NCBI GenBank assembly: GCA_964016885.1
Contig: OZ024743.1
Coordinates: forward strand, 57,288,001 to 57,352,000
Direction: 5' to 3'
DNA length: 64,000 nt
DNA from: Eledone cirrhosa
Taxonomy: Eukaryota
Both the position numbers and the translations under genes were made by a program. Below, piece after piece: positions 1 through 11,325 of the stretch; positions within the stretch are counted from its first letter, which is position 1; each line of letters opens with the position of its first letter. The notes under the pieces were generated by a model, which saw only the letters and a program-made list of their open reading frames with translations, ran no database searches and was not told where the DNA came from.

Positions 1-844
1 ATGGAGGAAGACGAACTGGCCAACCTGTTCGGTAGGACATTCAGCCCGGGACCCATGGATAACTTCCAGAGGTCCCTGACCTGGCAATGCTACAGAAGGG
101 CTCTGCCCGTTCGATAAAGGCTCTACAGACATGGGCGCCCGGGTAGGGACCCATCGAAAAAGGTCTGTCCCAGATGCGTGTGCGACGAGGAAACCGTTGC
201 ACACGCATTGGTACACTGCTCGGGCATTGCCGATCTGTGGGGCTATGTCGAACAACTGCTGTCAAGGGTGGGACCGATCCGGTTGACCACCGAGTCTATT
301 GTAACGATCAAGCCGCCTCCCCTCTTCAAAAACGAAGGAGAGGCGGTGTTTCTGTGCGTAATAGCCATGGCGAAAGAGGTTGTATGGTGGACGCGTCTGA
401 AAGGACTGAGGTCAGACACCTTTCTCTCTGGCCAACAACTGGTCCGTTTCTTCCGATATCATTTCGGAAGGAAGATCAGGATGGAGAGAGAGGTGCTGCA
501 CCCCAGCCGTTTCTATGAAAGATGGGTGAAAGTGGCGAGAATGGCCCGTGTGAATGGGCCTTCACTCTACATCAGACTATAGGTGAGGAAGATGAAAGAC
601 CAAGGGAGCACCCCTTCTCTGTGCTCCTGAGGAGAAGGGTTGCACACTTTTTTCGGGGGTGTGTGCGACCCCCCAAGGCGCCTCCTCTCTATTGAGGACT
701 TTGTTATAAATTTTATTTTTTGTTATATTTTATTTTATTTTTATATATTGTTATTGCCTCCTCCTTATTGAGGACGCCTTGTTTTGTAAACTCCCCCATT
801 GTACTTGTCCCACTTTTGATGCCCTGGTGGCAAATAAAAGAAAC
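1..844 (+). mobile_element. Tx1/L1-clade non-LTR retrotransposon, 3' end only (copy A, distinct subfamily)
   Basis: The ORF2 C-terminus has a CCHC zinc knuckle (CPRC...ETVAHALVHC) and a stop at 582. The 3' UTR has AATAAA at 833-838, followed by a short (ATCT)3 tail at 845-858. Confidence 0.9.
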
Positions 845-858
845 ATATCTATCTATCT

Positions 859-2150
859 CGAACACTTTTATAGCGTCCGCCATCTACTACCGCTTGACCG
901 TCGTGCCTTGTCCAGCCAAAACGCTCGCCAAAATGGAGCGCGCCCTCTTCCGATTCCTTTGGAAGAGGCGGGCTCCTTTGGTAAGAAGATCCATCTGCTG
1001 CCAACACCCTTCTAACGGAGGGCTGGGGATGCCGTGGTTGACGATGCGCAAACACGCGCTCAGGCTGCGGCATCTCTACGTATTCCTCACCGGACAACCG
1101 GTGTGGGCCCCGTTCGTGAGGCGAGCCTTCCCACGACTCGTCTCGCTGACCGAGCTGCAGTCCTGGGTCAAGCAGAGACCGAGGAAAATGGGCGACTGGC
1201 ACATCGAATGTGCTCAGGCGCTCACAGCCCTCTGGCAGGCGGACCCGGCGATCAGTGGAGACTCCACTTCGTCATTCTATAGAGGGTTGGTCCGCAGCAA
1301 GTGCGACGACGCGCTCGGTGAAACTCTAGGCGTGGAGGAAGATGAACTGGCCAGTCTGTTCGGTAGGACCTTCCGCCCGGGACCGATGGACAACTTCCAA
1401 AAGTCCCTGGCCTGGCAGTGCTACCGAGGAGCTCTACCAGTTCGAGACAAGCTCTACAGACATGGGCGCCCGGGCAGGGAACCTGCAAAAAAGATCTGTC
1501 CGAGGTGCGTGCGAGACGAAGAAACCGTCGCGCACGCATTCATACACTGCCCGGGCGTCACTGACCTGTGGGGCTATGTGGAACGACTATTGTCGCGGGT
1601 GGGACCAATCCAGTTGACCACCGAGTCCATTGTCATGATCAAACCGCCACCCTCCTTCAAAAACGAAGGAGAGGCGGTTTTCCTTTGTGTGATAGCTATG
1701 GCGAAAGAGGTTGTATGGTGGACAAGGTTGAAAGGGCTGAGGTCAGACACCTTTCTCTCCGGCCAACAACTGATTCTTTTTTTCAAATACCACTTTGGAA
1801 GAAGAATCAGGATGGAGAGAGAGGTGCTGTACCCCAGCAAGTTTTATGAAAGGTGGGTGAAAGTGGCGAGAATGGCCCGAGTGAATGGGCCTTCTCTCTA
1901 TATCAGCCTGTAGGTTGAGGAAAAGGAGGAGGAGAGGAAAGGAGTACAAGCTCTTCGTACTCCTGGAGATGAGGGTTGCACATTTTTTTCGGGGGTCTGT
2001 GTTACCCATATAAACTGTCTCCCTCTATTGGGGAAAATCGACTAACTTTTAAATTCCATCTGTGATAACATTTTACACGTTTTTATTGTATGTAAACTTC
2101 CCCCTTTGTATTTGTCCCCTTCTTTTGTGCCCCTGTGGCTAATAAAGAAA
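859..2150 (+). mobile_element. Tx1-like element, 5'-truncated copy B
   Basis: Starts abruptly mid-ORF2 (NTFIASAIYYR, matching 6763+ of copy C) right after the ATCT tail of copy A. The frame is open to 1913 and AATAAA is at 2141-2146. Nearly identical to the 3' part of copy C. Confidence 0.92.
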
Positions 2151-2152
2151 TA

Positions 2153-2250
<98 letters not shown>
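2151..2250 (+). repeat. (ATCT)n microsatellite between Tx1 copies B and C
   Basis: About 25 perfect TATC units. Confidence 0.98.
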
Positions 2251-2472
2251 CCAGACGTGTGTAACATCGCGGAGAAGTTTCCGTTAATTTATGTAAGAAA
2301 AAAAAACGTAAGTTTTCAGTTAAATTTTATATTATTGTGTAACTTGACCCCCGTCTGGACCTTCAGGTGGTGGGTCAACTCATTTTCGCCCCTACAGGGG
2401 CGAAATATTCGTTTGAAAAAATTTTTTCTCCATCGAATTTTTGAAAAATATCGTAAGAAGTTTGATAACGTT

Positions 2473-4363
2473 ATGAACGCTGCGTTCGACGATAATGGTG
2501 GTGGAGAGTCGGTAAGACTACATAGCTCGCAGTCAACATCATCTTTTTCCCTTTCCTTCTCAAGAGATACTATGGAGATGGAAAGACGAAATGAAATTGT
2601 AAAAACAAATTCATATCCAAACAACACAAATGACACCAAACAGTACAATGACAACAAAAGTAACAACAACAACAAAGAAAAAAATAAAGACAACACCAAT
2701 AATACCAGCATCAAAGTCAACAACAACACCAAGGAAAATACGAACAATATCAACATCAGTGACAACAAGAATAACAACAACAATAACAACAATAATGACA
2801 ACACCACCAACACGGATAATTCCACAAAGAAACCGAAAATCTCCTTTGCACAGACAGTTCAGAAAAAGGAGGAACTGACATATCTCGACATAACAAATTC
2901 CGAACAACTTTTAAAGGACACTAGGAGATATGTTACTTTCGAAAAGAATGGTGCTTTCAGCATCAATTCTCCGATAGAAATTCGCAAGGAAACTGCTCTC
3001 AAAACGATAGTTTTTAGGACAGTTTCCAATTCTACCCGAAAACCAGTCCAATTGTCACAGAAAGAAATTGAACTGGTTTTCAGAACTTCAATGAATGATA
3101 TTTCATTCATTCAAAGAAGCAAACTCTTTGGGAGTATTTCGGTACTCATGAAGGATCAATTGACGGCCCAAAATTACTCTGTGTCGCCAATTGTATCCAA
3201 CCTGTATACCTTTTTCCCTACATACATGGGAAAAAGGACACAAAAGATTAGAATCACGAGTGTCACACCAAAGGTAAATATATGGTGGATACTGTGCGGC
3301 TTCATCAATTTTGATGAAGACAGAATACTTTCTGTAGGAAATTCCCCCAGAGATGTATTCAATGGGATTGGCGTTGAAGTTCTGGTGCAAATGAGCCCAG
3401 AGCGAATAGCTATGATCCCACAACGTGTACTCCTGGACGCACTCACCTACATAAACTTTTCGGTTGAGGGTAGACGGCCTTCATGTTACCACTGCTTTAG
3501 CAGGAGTCACCTGAGGGCTTCCTGTCCTAAATGAATGAGTAAAAAAAAGACTCCTCTGCCGACACCCATCAAAATAACACAACCACCAACACCACCACAA
3601 CAACAACACCAACACACAAAAATAACCACAACAAACACATTCCCACCCAACCCCACTCCACCTAAAACCACTGCAAAATACATACAGACACAATAGCTCC
3701 CCAAGACATACCCCTCCCCAATCACACAGACGATACAACAGATGAGGCTATCTCGCCATCACCCAGTGAAGACGAGGGAGAATCCCATCGCTCGAAAAGA
3801 AAGAAAAGACATCACAAAAGCAAAAAACCAGCAAACACTACCACAAACATACAACCACCAACACAAACAACAAAAACATCACAAACAAAACCCCCACCTC
3901 CTGAAAACAAAATACCTACAACAAAACGAAAGCACACACAAGAACTACAAACAAAAACAAACACAACACAAGAAAATTACACTTACACTTACATAAACAC
4001 TGAAAACAAAACACTAATGGAGACCATCACGAACAACCCATCGGTGAAAACCGAAGGGAAAACTTTCGCCCACTCTATTAAAAATAACAAAAAACTGAAG
4101 CTAAAACTGATTAGGGTCCCTATACAAACTTATAGGTCCTAAAAGAAACATTTGAAAAGGATGTGGGGAATTCCTGCGTGAAACCACTTAACCGCGTCCT
4201 TCTCAAATGTCTCCCCACCCCAGACACCCCTATCCCACCAGACCCCACCCCACCAAACATCTCCGTCCCCTCCCCGCCGGAAACCACCACCCACCCAGAT
4301 AACCTCTCCAACACCCCCATGGAAATCGTGCAGCCTGGTCCCCAGGAGACGAAGGGTGAGTGA
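2473..4363 (+). pseudogene. Tx1 copy C ORF1 (gag-like nucleic-acid-binding protein), disrupted
   Basis: Asn/Thr-rich N-terminus, central domain and zinc knuckle CYHCFSRSHLRASC. A premature stop at 3532-3534 is followed by a frameshifted continuation to the stop at 4363. The start codon is uncertain. Confidence 0.8.
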
Positions 4364-4396
4364 TTTATTTTCTTCTTTTAACTTTTCAGCACCAAC

Positions 4397-7300
4397 ATGG
4401 CCAATATAAGAGTTGGATGTGTGAATGTACGCGGCCTGGGTATGCCCTGGAAACAGGGCAAACTCTTAAACGACCTCAGGTCACACAGTATGGATGTAGT
4501 AGCCATTTGCGAGTCCAGGATCCACAGCGAGCGACAGCTAGCCCCCATCTTCGATGACTTTGAGATCTATGCATCTCTCTGTCGGCCGGGGGGTGCGGGC
4601 GGGGTTGCCGTTTTGCTGCGAAAACATCTGGGCCTCGTAACACAGACGGTACATCTGGACCCGGAGGGTCGACTGGTGGTCCTAGACGTTGACGGCAGTG
4701 AAGGTGGAGCCTTCAGGCTGGTGGCTGCATATGCCCCATCCGGGACACCGCGGCCAGACTTCTTCAAACGTCTAGAGACTTTTCTGGGAACGTCCCGCTC
4801 CTTGCTTTTAGTGGGCGACTGGAATGGAATCCTAGATGCACGTTGGGACTATGTGGGAGCATGTCCCGATAAAGGGGGGTGTAACAACCTGAAACAGTTA
4901 ATCAACCGATTTGACCTGGCCGATAGATATCGACTAGATTTTCCGACTGTGCCACTGTGGATGTGGACTAATCGTAGCGGAACATCTAGATCGTATCTAG
5001 ATAGGGTTCTAGTTAGAAATAAGGATAGGGACATGTTATGCTGTCCACAAATGTTCATGGTTGCCTATTCAGATCACAAACTAGTGACCTGCATGGCTAA
5101 CCTTGATAGAACCCATAGACAAGGACCCGGCTACTGGAAGCTGAACTTGTCGTTACCGACATGCAAAGCCTACAGTAGACGGATTAGCACTTTAGTTAAA
5201 CAGCACTTGACAGGGGCCATTGTCAACAACAGATGGTGGTACTCTCTCAAGAGGGCAGTTAGATTAGACTCGTTAGTTTTTAGTAAAGAATTAGCGTTAG
5301 ATAGAAATAGAACCGAGAAGGAACTGGTAGATAAAGTAGAAGAGGCAATTAGAAGTGGCAACGTAGCCAGCATGCTAGCAACGAGAGCGTCCTTGGACCA
5401 GTTCTTCGACGCAAAGCACGAGGGCTGCGTTGTCAAATACGTGCTCTGGGAAACGAGGGGCCAAAGCTGCTAGCTGGGCTCGAGTGACGGAGGCAAAAAG
5501 TGGCAACAAGTCCACGATTCGGTCTTTGAAGGACCAAAACGGACGCGTGATACGTGAGCCGAAGCAGATGTGTGCGGCCTTTCAGCGGCACTTTGCTCAA
5601 CTGTTCGGGCAGGGCGGCGCGCCGGGAGGGTCTATGGATTTCGGTCCATACCTCGACGGGCTACCGCGACTCTCGGACAGCGAGACAAAGTTCTGCGAAA
5701 AGCCGATTTCAGCCGCTCAGATAGGGGACGCGCTGAGCCAATGCGGCAAACGCAAATCTCCAGTTCTCGACGGTCTACCCTACGAATTTTACGTGGCAAT
5801 GCCGGACTTATTCTCCGGTCTCCTGGAAGCGGTTTACTGCAACTGGCAACAGAACGGGAGAATTCCCAGTTCTGTGACCGGGGGCGTAGTCACACTAGTC
5901 AGGAAGGACGAGAATAAGGGGGATGACATAGGCAACTTCCGGCCCATAACTCTGCTAAACACAGAGTTACAGATTTTGGCCAAGGTATTGGCAAAGAGGC
6001 GCTTATCGTCGAGAACCTGGTGGGAGAAGCGCAGACATGCACAATCCCGACCAGGTCCATACACGATAACCTCCACCTCATGCGATACATCATAGAGAGG
6101 GTAGGGTGTTAACCCGGCTTCAGTGGGGCCCTGATCAACTTGGATCAGTCTAAGGCTTTCAATAGGGTTGACGATCGTTACCTGGATGCTCGAGGCGGAA
6201 GGCTTCGGACCCGTGTTCAGGGGCTGGAATGCTGCAATGCACAACAGCAACATCTGCTCAAGAGTCAAGGTGAATGGCTACCTCTCGGAGCCGTTCCATA
6301 TCACGCGATCCATTCAACAGGGATGCCCTCTCTCCTCCCTTCTGTACGTACTGACTCTCGAGCCACTACTGCGGAAGTTGAAGCTATTGCAGGGCATCCC
6401 TCTGGAACCGGGACTGCGCAAAGCGGCGTCGGCCTACGCCGACGACTTCACAGTATTGGTGTCGAGCGCTTCGCAAATCGAGGAAGTCGGCACCTTACTG
6501 AAGGAATACGAAAGTTTCACAGGAGCGAAGCTGAACCGGGACAAGTCCATCGGTTTGCAACTCGGGTCGTGGAGAGGCAAACTGATGCCTTCCGATGGCG
6601 TCGTCGGACGCTGGACGGAAGGACCGGTAAAGCTGCTCAGGGTCTGGTTTGGTCCGGACCTCCAGGTGGAGAAGAACTGGAACGAGGTGACGGCCAAGGT
6701 GTTTGCACTCACCCAGAAGTGGGCCGAGTGTAAACTATCCTTGACAGGTCGAGCGGAAGTGGCGAACACTTTTATAGCGTCCGCCATCTACTACCGCTTG
6801 ACCGTCGTGCCTTGCCCAGCCAAAACGCTCACCAAAATGGAGCGCGCGCTCTTCCAATTCCTTTGGAAGAGAAGATCTATCTGCTGCCAACACTCTTCCA
6901 ACGGAGGGCTGGGGATGCTGTGGCTGACGATGCGCAAACACGCGCTCAGGCTGCGGCATCTCTACGTATTCCTCACCGGACAACCGGTGTGGTTCCCCGA
7001 GGAAAATGGGCGACTGGCACATCGAATGTGCCCAGGCACTCACAGCCCTCTGGCAGGCAGACCCGGCGATCAGTGGAGACTCCACTTCGTCATTCTATAG
7101 AGGGTTGATCCGCAGCAAGTGCGACGATGCGCTCGGTGAAACTCTAGGCGTAGAGGAAGATGAACTGGCCAGTCTGTTCGGTAGGACCTTCCGCCCGGGA
7201 CCGATGGAGAACTTCCAAAAGTCCCTGGCCTGGCAGCGCTACCGAGGAGCTCTACCAGTTTGAGACAAGCTCTACAGACATGAGCGCCCGGGCAGGGACC

Positions 7301-7732
7301 CTGCAAAAAAGATCTGTCCGAGGTGCGTGCGAGACGAAGAAACCGTCGCGCACGCATTCATACACTGCTCGGGCGTCACCGACCTGTGGAGCTATGTAGA
7401 ACGACTATTGTCGCGGGTGGGACCAATCCGGTTGACCACCGAGTCCATTGTCATGATCCAACCGCCACCCTCCTTCAAAAACGAAGGAGAGGCGGTTTTC
7501 ATTTGTGTGATAGCTATGGCGAAAGAGGTTGTATGGTGGACAAGGTTGAAAGGGCTGAGGTCAGACACCTTTCTCTCCGGCCAACAACTGATTCTTTTTT
7601 TTCAAATACCACTTTGGAAGAAGAATCAGGATGGAAAGAGAGGTGCTGTACCCCAGCAAGTTTTATGAAAGGTGGGTGAAAGTGGCGAGAATGGCCCGAG
7701 TGAATGGGCCTTCTCTCTATAACAGCCTGTAG
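4397..7732 (+). pseudogene. Tx1 copy C ORF2 (APE endonuclease-RT-CCHC), frameshifted
   Basis: APE motifs NVRGL, ESR, YAP, GDWN, YLD and SDH; RT motifs NFRPITLLN, QGCPLS and YADD. Split across ORFs 4397..5473, 5430..6095, 6168..7100, 7006..7263 and 7327..7668. Confidence 0.92.
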
Positions 7733-7940
7733 GTTGAGGAAAAGGAGGAGAGGCAGGGAGTACAAACTCTTCGTACTCCTGGAGTTGTGTTACCCATATG
7801 AACTGTCTCCCCCTAATGGGGAAAATCGACTAATTTTTAAATTGCATTTGTGATAATATTTTACACGTTTTTATTGTATGTAAACTTCCTCCTTTGTATT
7901 TGTCCCCTTCTTTTGTGCCCCTGTGGCTAATAAAGAAACA

Positions 7941-8026
<86 letters not shown>

Positions 8027-8035
8027 CATACATAC
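7941..8035 (+). repeat. (TATC)n(TGTC)n compound microsatellite, tail or target of copy C
   Basis: Read directly from the sequence. Confidence 0.95.
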
Positions 8036-8504
8036 ATGCAAACGGCAGGCTTCAGTTCAGTTTCCGTCTACGAAATCTCAATCAATATGCTTTGAAAAGC
8101 TTGAGACTATAGTTGAACGTTCCACCCAATGTGAATGGATCGGGAACTAGGAGGTTACGAAACAAACTCGTTATCCACATAGCCATGCTTGAGCCTGTTA
8201 GTAAAATTTCTTTGAGATAGCACCAAATATCAAATCCTTATCCAATGCTCTCAATCTAACATCAACATTTTAGGATACAGTGTATTGATGAATGAAACCC
8301 AAACATCGCACGAGCAGCAGGACGTGTTTTTTTTAATGCCATCGGCATATCACAAAATCAAATTCATCTGATGATACCGTTCTCATAATAACAAAAAATG
8401 CATAAATTACATCTTAATTGCATAGGAGAACCGTTGAAATAATTATAATGAATAAACGATTTATGTAACAGCAGCATCTTTATTAATGTTATTATTATAC
8501 TGAT

Positions 8505-8890
8505 GGGCGGTGGATTGGCAGTATCGGTAGAGGGTCGGACGCCATGCTTTGCAGCACAGTTACGTCCCTTTACGGATTGAGTTCAAAACTCGCCGAGGTT
8601 AACTTTGCCTTTCATCCTTACGGGGTCGATAAAATAAAGTACCAGTAATACACTGGGAAAATTTCTGGCCTTGTGCCAAAAGTAGAAACAATTATTATAC
8701 TGATGGATTGGCAGTATCGGTAGAGGGTCACGCCATGCTTTGACGCATAGAGTTACGGCCCTTGCCATTCTGAGTTCAAATCCCGCCGAGGCTAACTTTG
8801 CCTTTCATCCTTACGGGGTCGATAAAATAAAGTACCAGTAATACACTGGTTTATTGCTGGCCTTGTGCCAAAAGTAGAAACAGTTATTAT
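8505..8890 (+). mobile_element. Two tandem copies of a tRNA-derived SINE
   Basis: A-box-like TGGCAGTATCGGTA, B-box-like GAGTTCAAATCCC, a shared core TTTGCCTTTCATCC..GGGGTCGATAAAATAAAGTACCAGT and an (ATT) tail. The same family recurs at about 13010-13130, 14260-14380, 36975-37125 and 41930-42285 on the minus strand. Confidence 0.8.
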
Positions 8891-9432
8891 ACTGAATCGC
8901 CATCGTAACTACAAACTCCGAATGTAGAGAGCTTTCACCTGCTTGTTCCTGTTTTTGCCAAAACAATCTCTTCGGTACACACACACACACATACACACAC
9001 ACACATACACACATATATATATATATATATAGGCTGTTAAATTATGAAATAAAGAGAATTTTCCCCATTAATTAACTGATGGTGGTTTGCTTATCTCTTT
9101 TGTTTTTATATTATGTAATTAATTAATGCATTCTATATGACTTTTCCGATCAGGAAATACCATCTATCATGTTAAAATCTACATTTTGCTTTTTCTTGTA
9201 GTTTGCTATATAACTTTTCCTGTATAAAATAGCGCAACTTTTAGCATTATCAGTCAATAGTTGCTTGCTATAGCATGCATTGCATCTCTCTCTCTCGCTC
9301 TCTCTCTCTCTCGCTCTGTCTATATATATATATACAAGGTGTCCCCAAAAATGTATACACACTTCGATCACCTGTGCAGGCAATATTCATTAGAATACTG
9401 TTGAAGTGTATATGCATTTTTTTAGGAGCACG

Positions 9433-9513
<81 letters not shown>

Positions 9514-10479
9514 ATATATATAACTTTCCTCAAACAATTCTCATAATTCTCATTCGTATAACAAAGGAAGAAATGCAATGAATCTAACAACTTTTTGCAA
9601 TACTATTGTATAATGATATGTTAGAAAAAATCACAACGAACCATTTTCTCTTTCTCACTACATGCACCACAATAATAATTACTTTTGCCTGCATCCCATA
9701 CGAAAGCATTACTTTCTAATTGTGAATCTACTCAGTCTATACTAATACATAGTAACATCGTAACAAAACAGTTAGATAAGTTTTCACAACAATTCATTAA
9801 GTAATTGATAGATATTTCTGTACATTTAGGCAAGTTTCTCATTACATTAATACAATGCAATCTTCACCATATCGTCAATAATAAATGATGATGATATACT
9901 CTTTTTTTTTATAGAGTTTTTCAGTTCAAAAAGGTATAAGGAATAAAATATCTTATATGTATGCATGCTTACCTATATACATGTATACATGTATATATGT
10001 AGAAACGTGCATATAACATTAACCTAATGACGGAGCTGATAAAGAGCTGCGATAATTGGCGACATAATGTACATTGCAGACTAACATAACATTTGACCTG
10101 ATCCAACCACGTGATAGTAACGATCCTGACCATCACTGTGCTCCTAGCCCCACCCACACTCTACCTAAGACCATCTCTCCCCGCTTAAAACCTAAAGCCC
10201 CAGCTATAACCCCTTAATAGCTGTACACATCAGCACTGCACTCATTCTATCCAAGATCCCCCCCTCCCCTCGCATCACCTTATCAATTCTCACCACACCT
10301 ATCGTACACACATGACACTTTCTCATTCATTCCTCCCGCCACGTCTATCTTAAGCCTATGACATTATACTTGTGATGTCCCTCAACCATTGCTGCTTACC
10401 TATGACATACTTCTTATGTCTTAATAGTGTAGGGCGGGCTCTTCAGACATTTCAATGACCGGAAACCTCACTACTTCTG

Positions 10480-10910
10480 GTACCACGAAAAAGCGCATCC
10501 AGTAAACTCTGTAACGTGGTTGGTGTTTGGAAGATATGCTAGTCGTAGAAGCCGTACTAAAAAAGGTTGAGGTGACTCTTTAGTTACTATACGACAACCT
10601 CTGTAATGCTGATGCCAGGGAAATACTCCAAATATACCCAGTACATTCTGTAAAGTGATACGAAAGGCATCTAGCCGTAGAAACCTTGCAAAAAAAGTCG
10701 ACGTCCCTTCAGTTGTGTCAAGGACACGACAATCTCTCCAGTATTGGTAATCTACACGATGCACATACCCAGTACACTCTGTAAAGTAGTTGGTGACAAG
10801 AAGGGTATCAAACCGTAGACAACTGCCAAAAATCGGTCGGTAGGACCCTTCAGCTACGTTGAAAACATAACAGCTTTCCTGGTGTTAGTGCCATGATAAA
10901 ATGCACCTAG
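10480..10910 (+). repeat. Degenerate tandem repeat of a SINE-like 3' segment (about 125-140 bp units)
   Basis: The motif CCAGTACACTCTGTAAAGT..TTGGT..GAAGG..ATC..GCCGTAGAAAC recurs about three times. Confidence 0.55.
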
Positions 10911-10945
10911 AGAGTGCGGGAACGTATGCGAGGGAAAATAAATGT

Positions 10946-11047
10946 AACAACAGTCGATCGCTATGAATAATAGCTTGGAATATCGAGTAAAATGCCTCTA
11001 TATGTGGAGTTTTTAAGCTATTATCTATAGCGATCGACTATTGTTGC
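10946..11047. mobile_element. Small MITE-like inverted repeat
   Basis: AACAACAGTCGATCGCTATGAATAATAGCTT is inverted relative to AAGCTATTATCTATAGCGATCGACTATTGTT. Confidence 0.55.
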
Positions 11048-11138
11048 AGATAATGTATGGGTTTGGGATTATCACACTTTTAGATTTAAAAATCACCCAG
11101 CGTTTCGATAATTCATAATATATATATATATATATTTA

Positions 11139-11314
11139 ATATAAAAATGGCTTCTACAGGACTAGAATTGTTTCATTCGGGAGAAATCATCAGGAAAGCC
11201 CGAATGAAACAGTTCTAGTCCTTTAGAAGCCATTTCTATATTAAATATTTATACTCTGCGATGTATTGAGTACCTTACTAACTGTGGTTACCTCCGATTG
11301 AACCCGGGACAAAC
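11139..11314. mobile_element. Non-autonomous Penelope-like remnant: inverted partial pLTR plus tail in (TA)n
   Basis: Palindrome at 11139-11243 containing a hammerhead motif, then a unique tail. Flanked by (TA)n. Confidence 0.65.
11149..11200 (-). ncRNA. Type I hammerhead-like ribozyme motif (U10.1-U11.1 variant)
   Basis: The minus strand reads GGCUUUC-CUGAUGA-U-UUC(UCCC)GAA-U-GAAA-CA..UGUA-GAAGCC. Confidence 0.55.
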
Positions 11315-11325
11315 ATATATATATA

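Larger units (their letters stand above)
2251..7940 (+). mobile_element. Tx1-like element, apparently full length but inactivated (copy C)
   Basis: Contains a 5' UTR, ORF1 with a C2HC knuckle, and ORF2 with APE, RT (YADD) and CCHC. AATAAA is at 7929-7934. Flanked on both sides by (ATCT)n. Multiple frameshifts and stops. Confidence 0.93.

Noticed and set aside
720-858. Hydrophobic signal-peptide-like N-terminus on ORF 720..1913
   Set aside because: It is a chance read-through of the copy A 3' UTR and ATCT tail into truncated copy B, and it has no ATG start.
8505-8600. tRNA gene
   Set aside because: It has A/B boxes but no cloverleaf, and it continues into a repeated SINE body.
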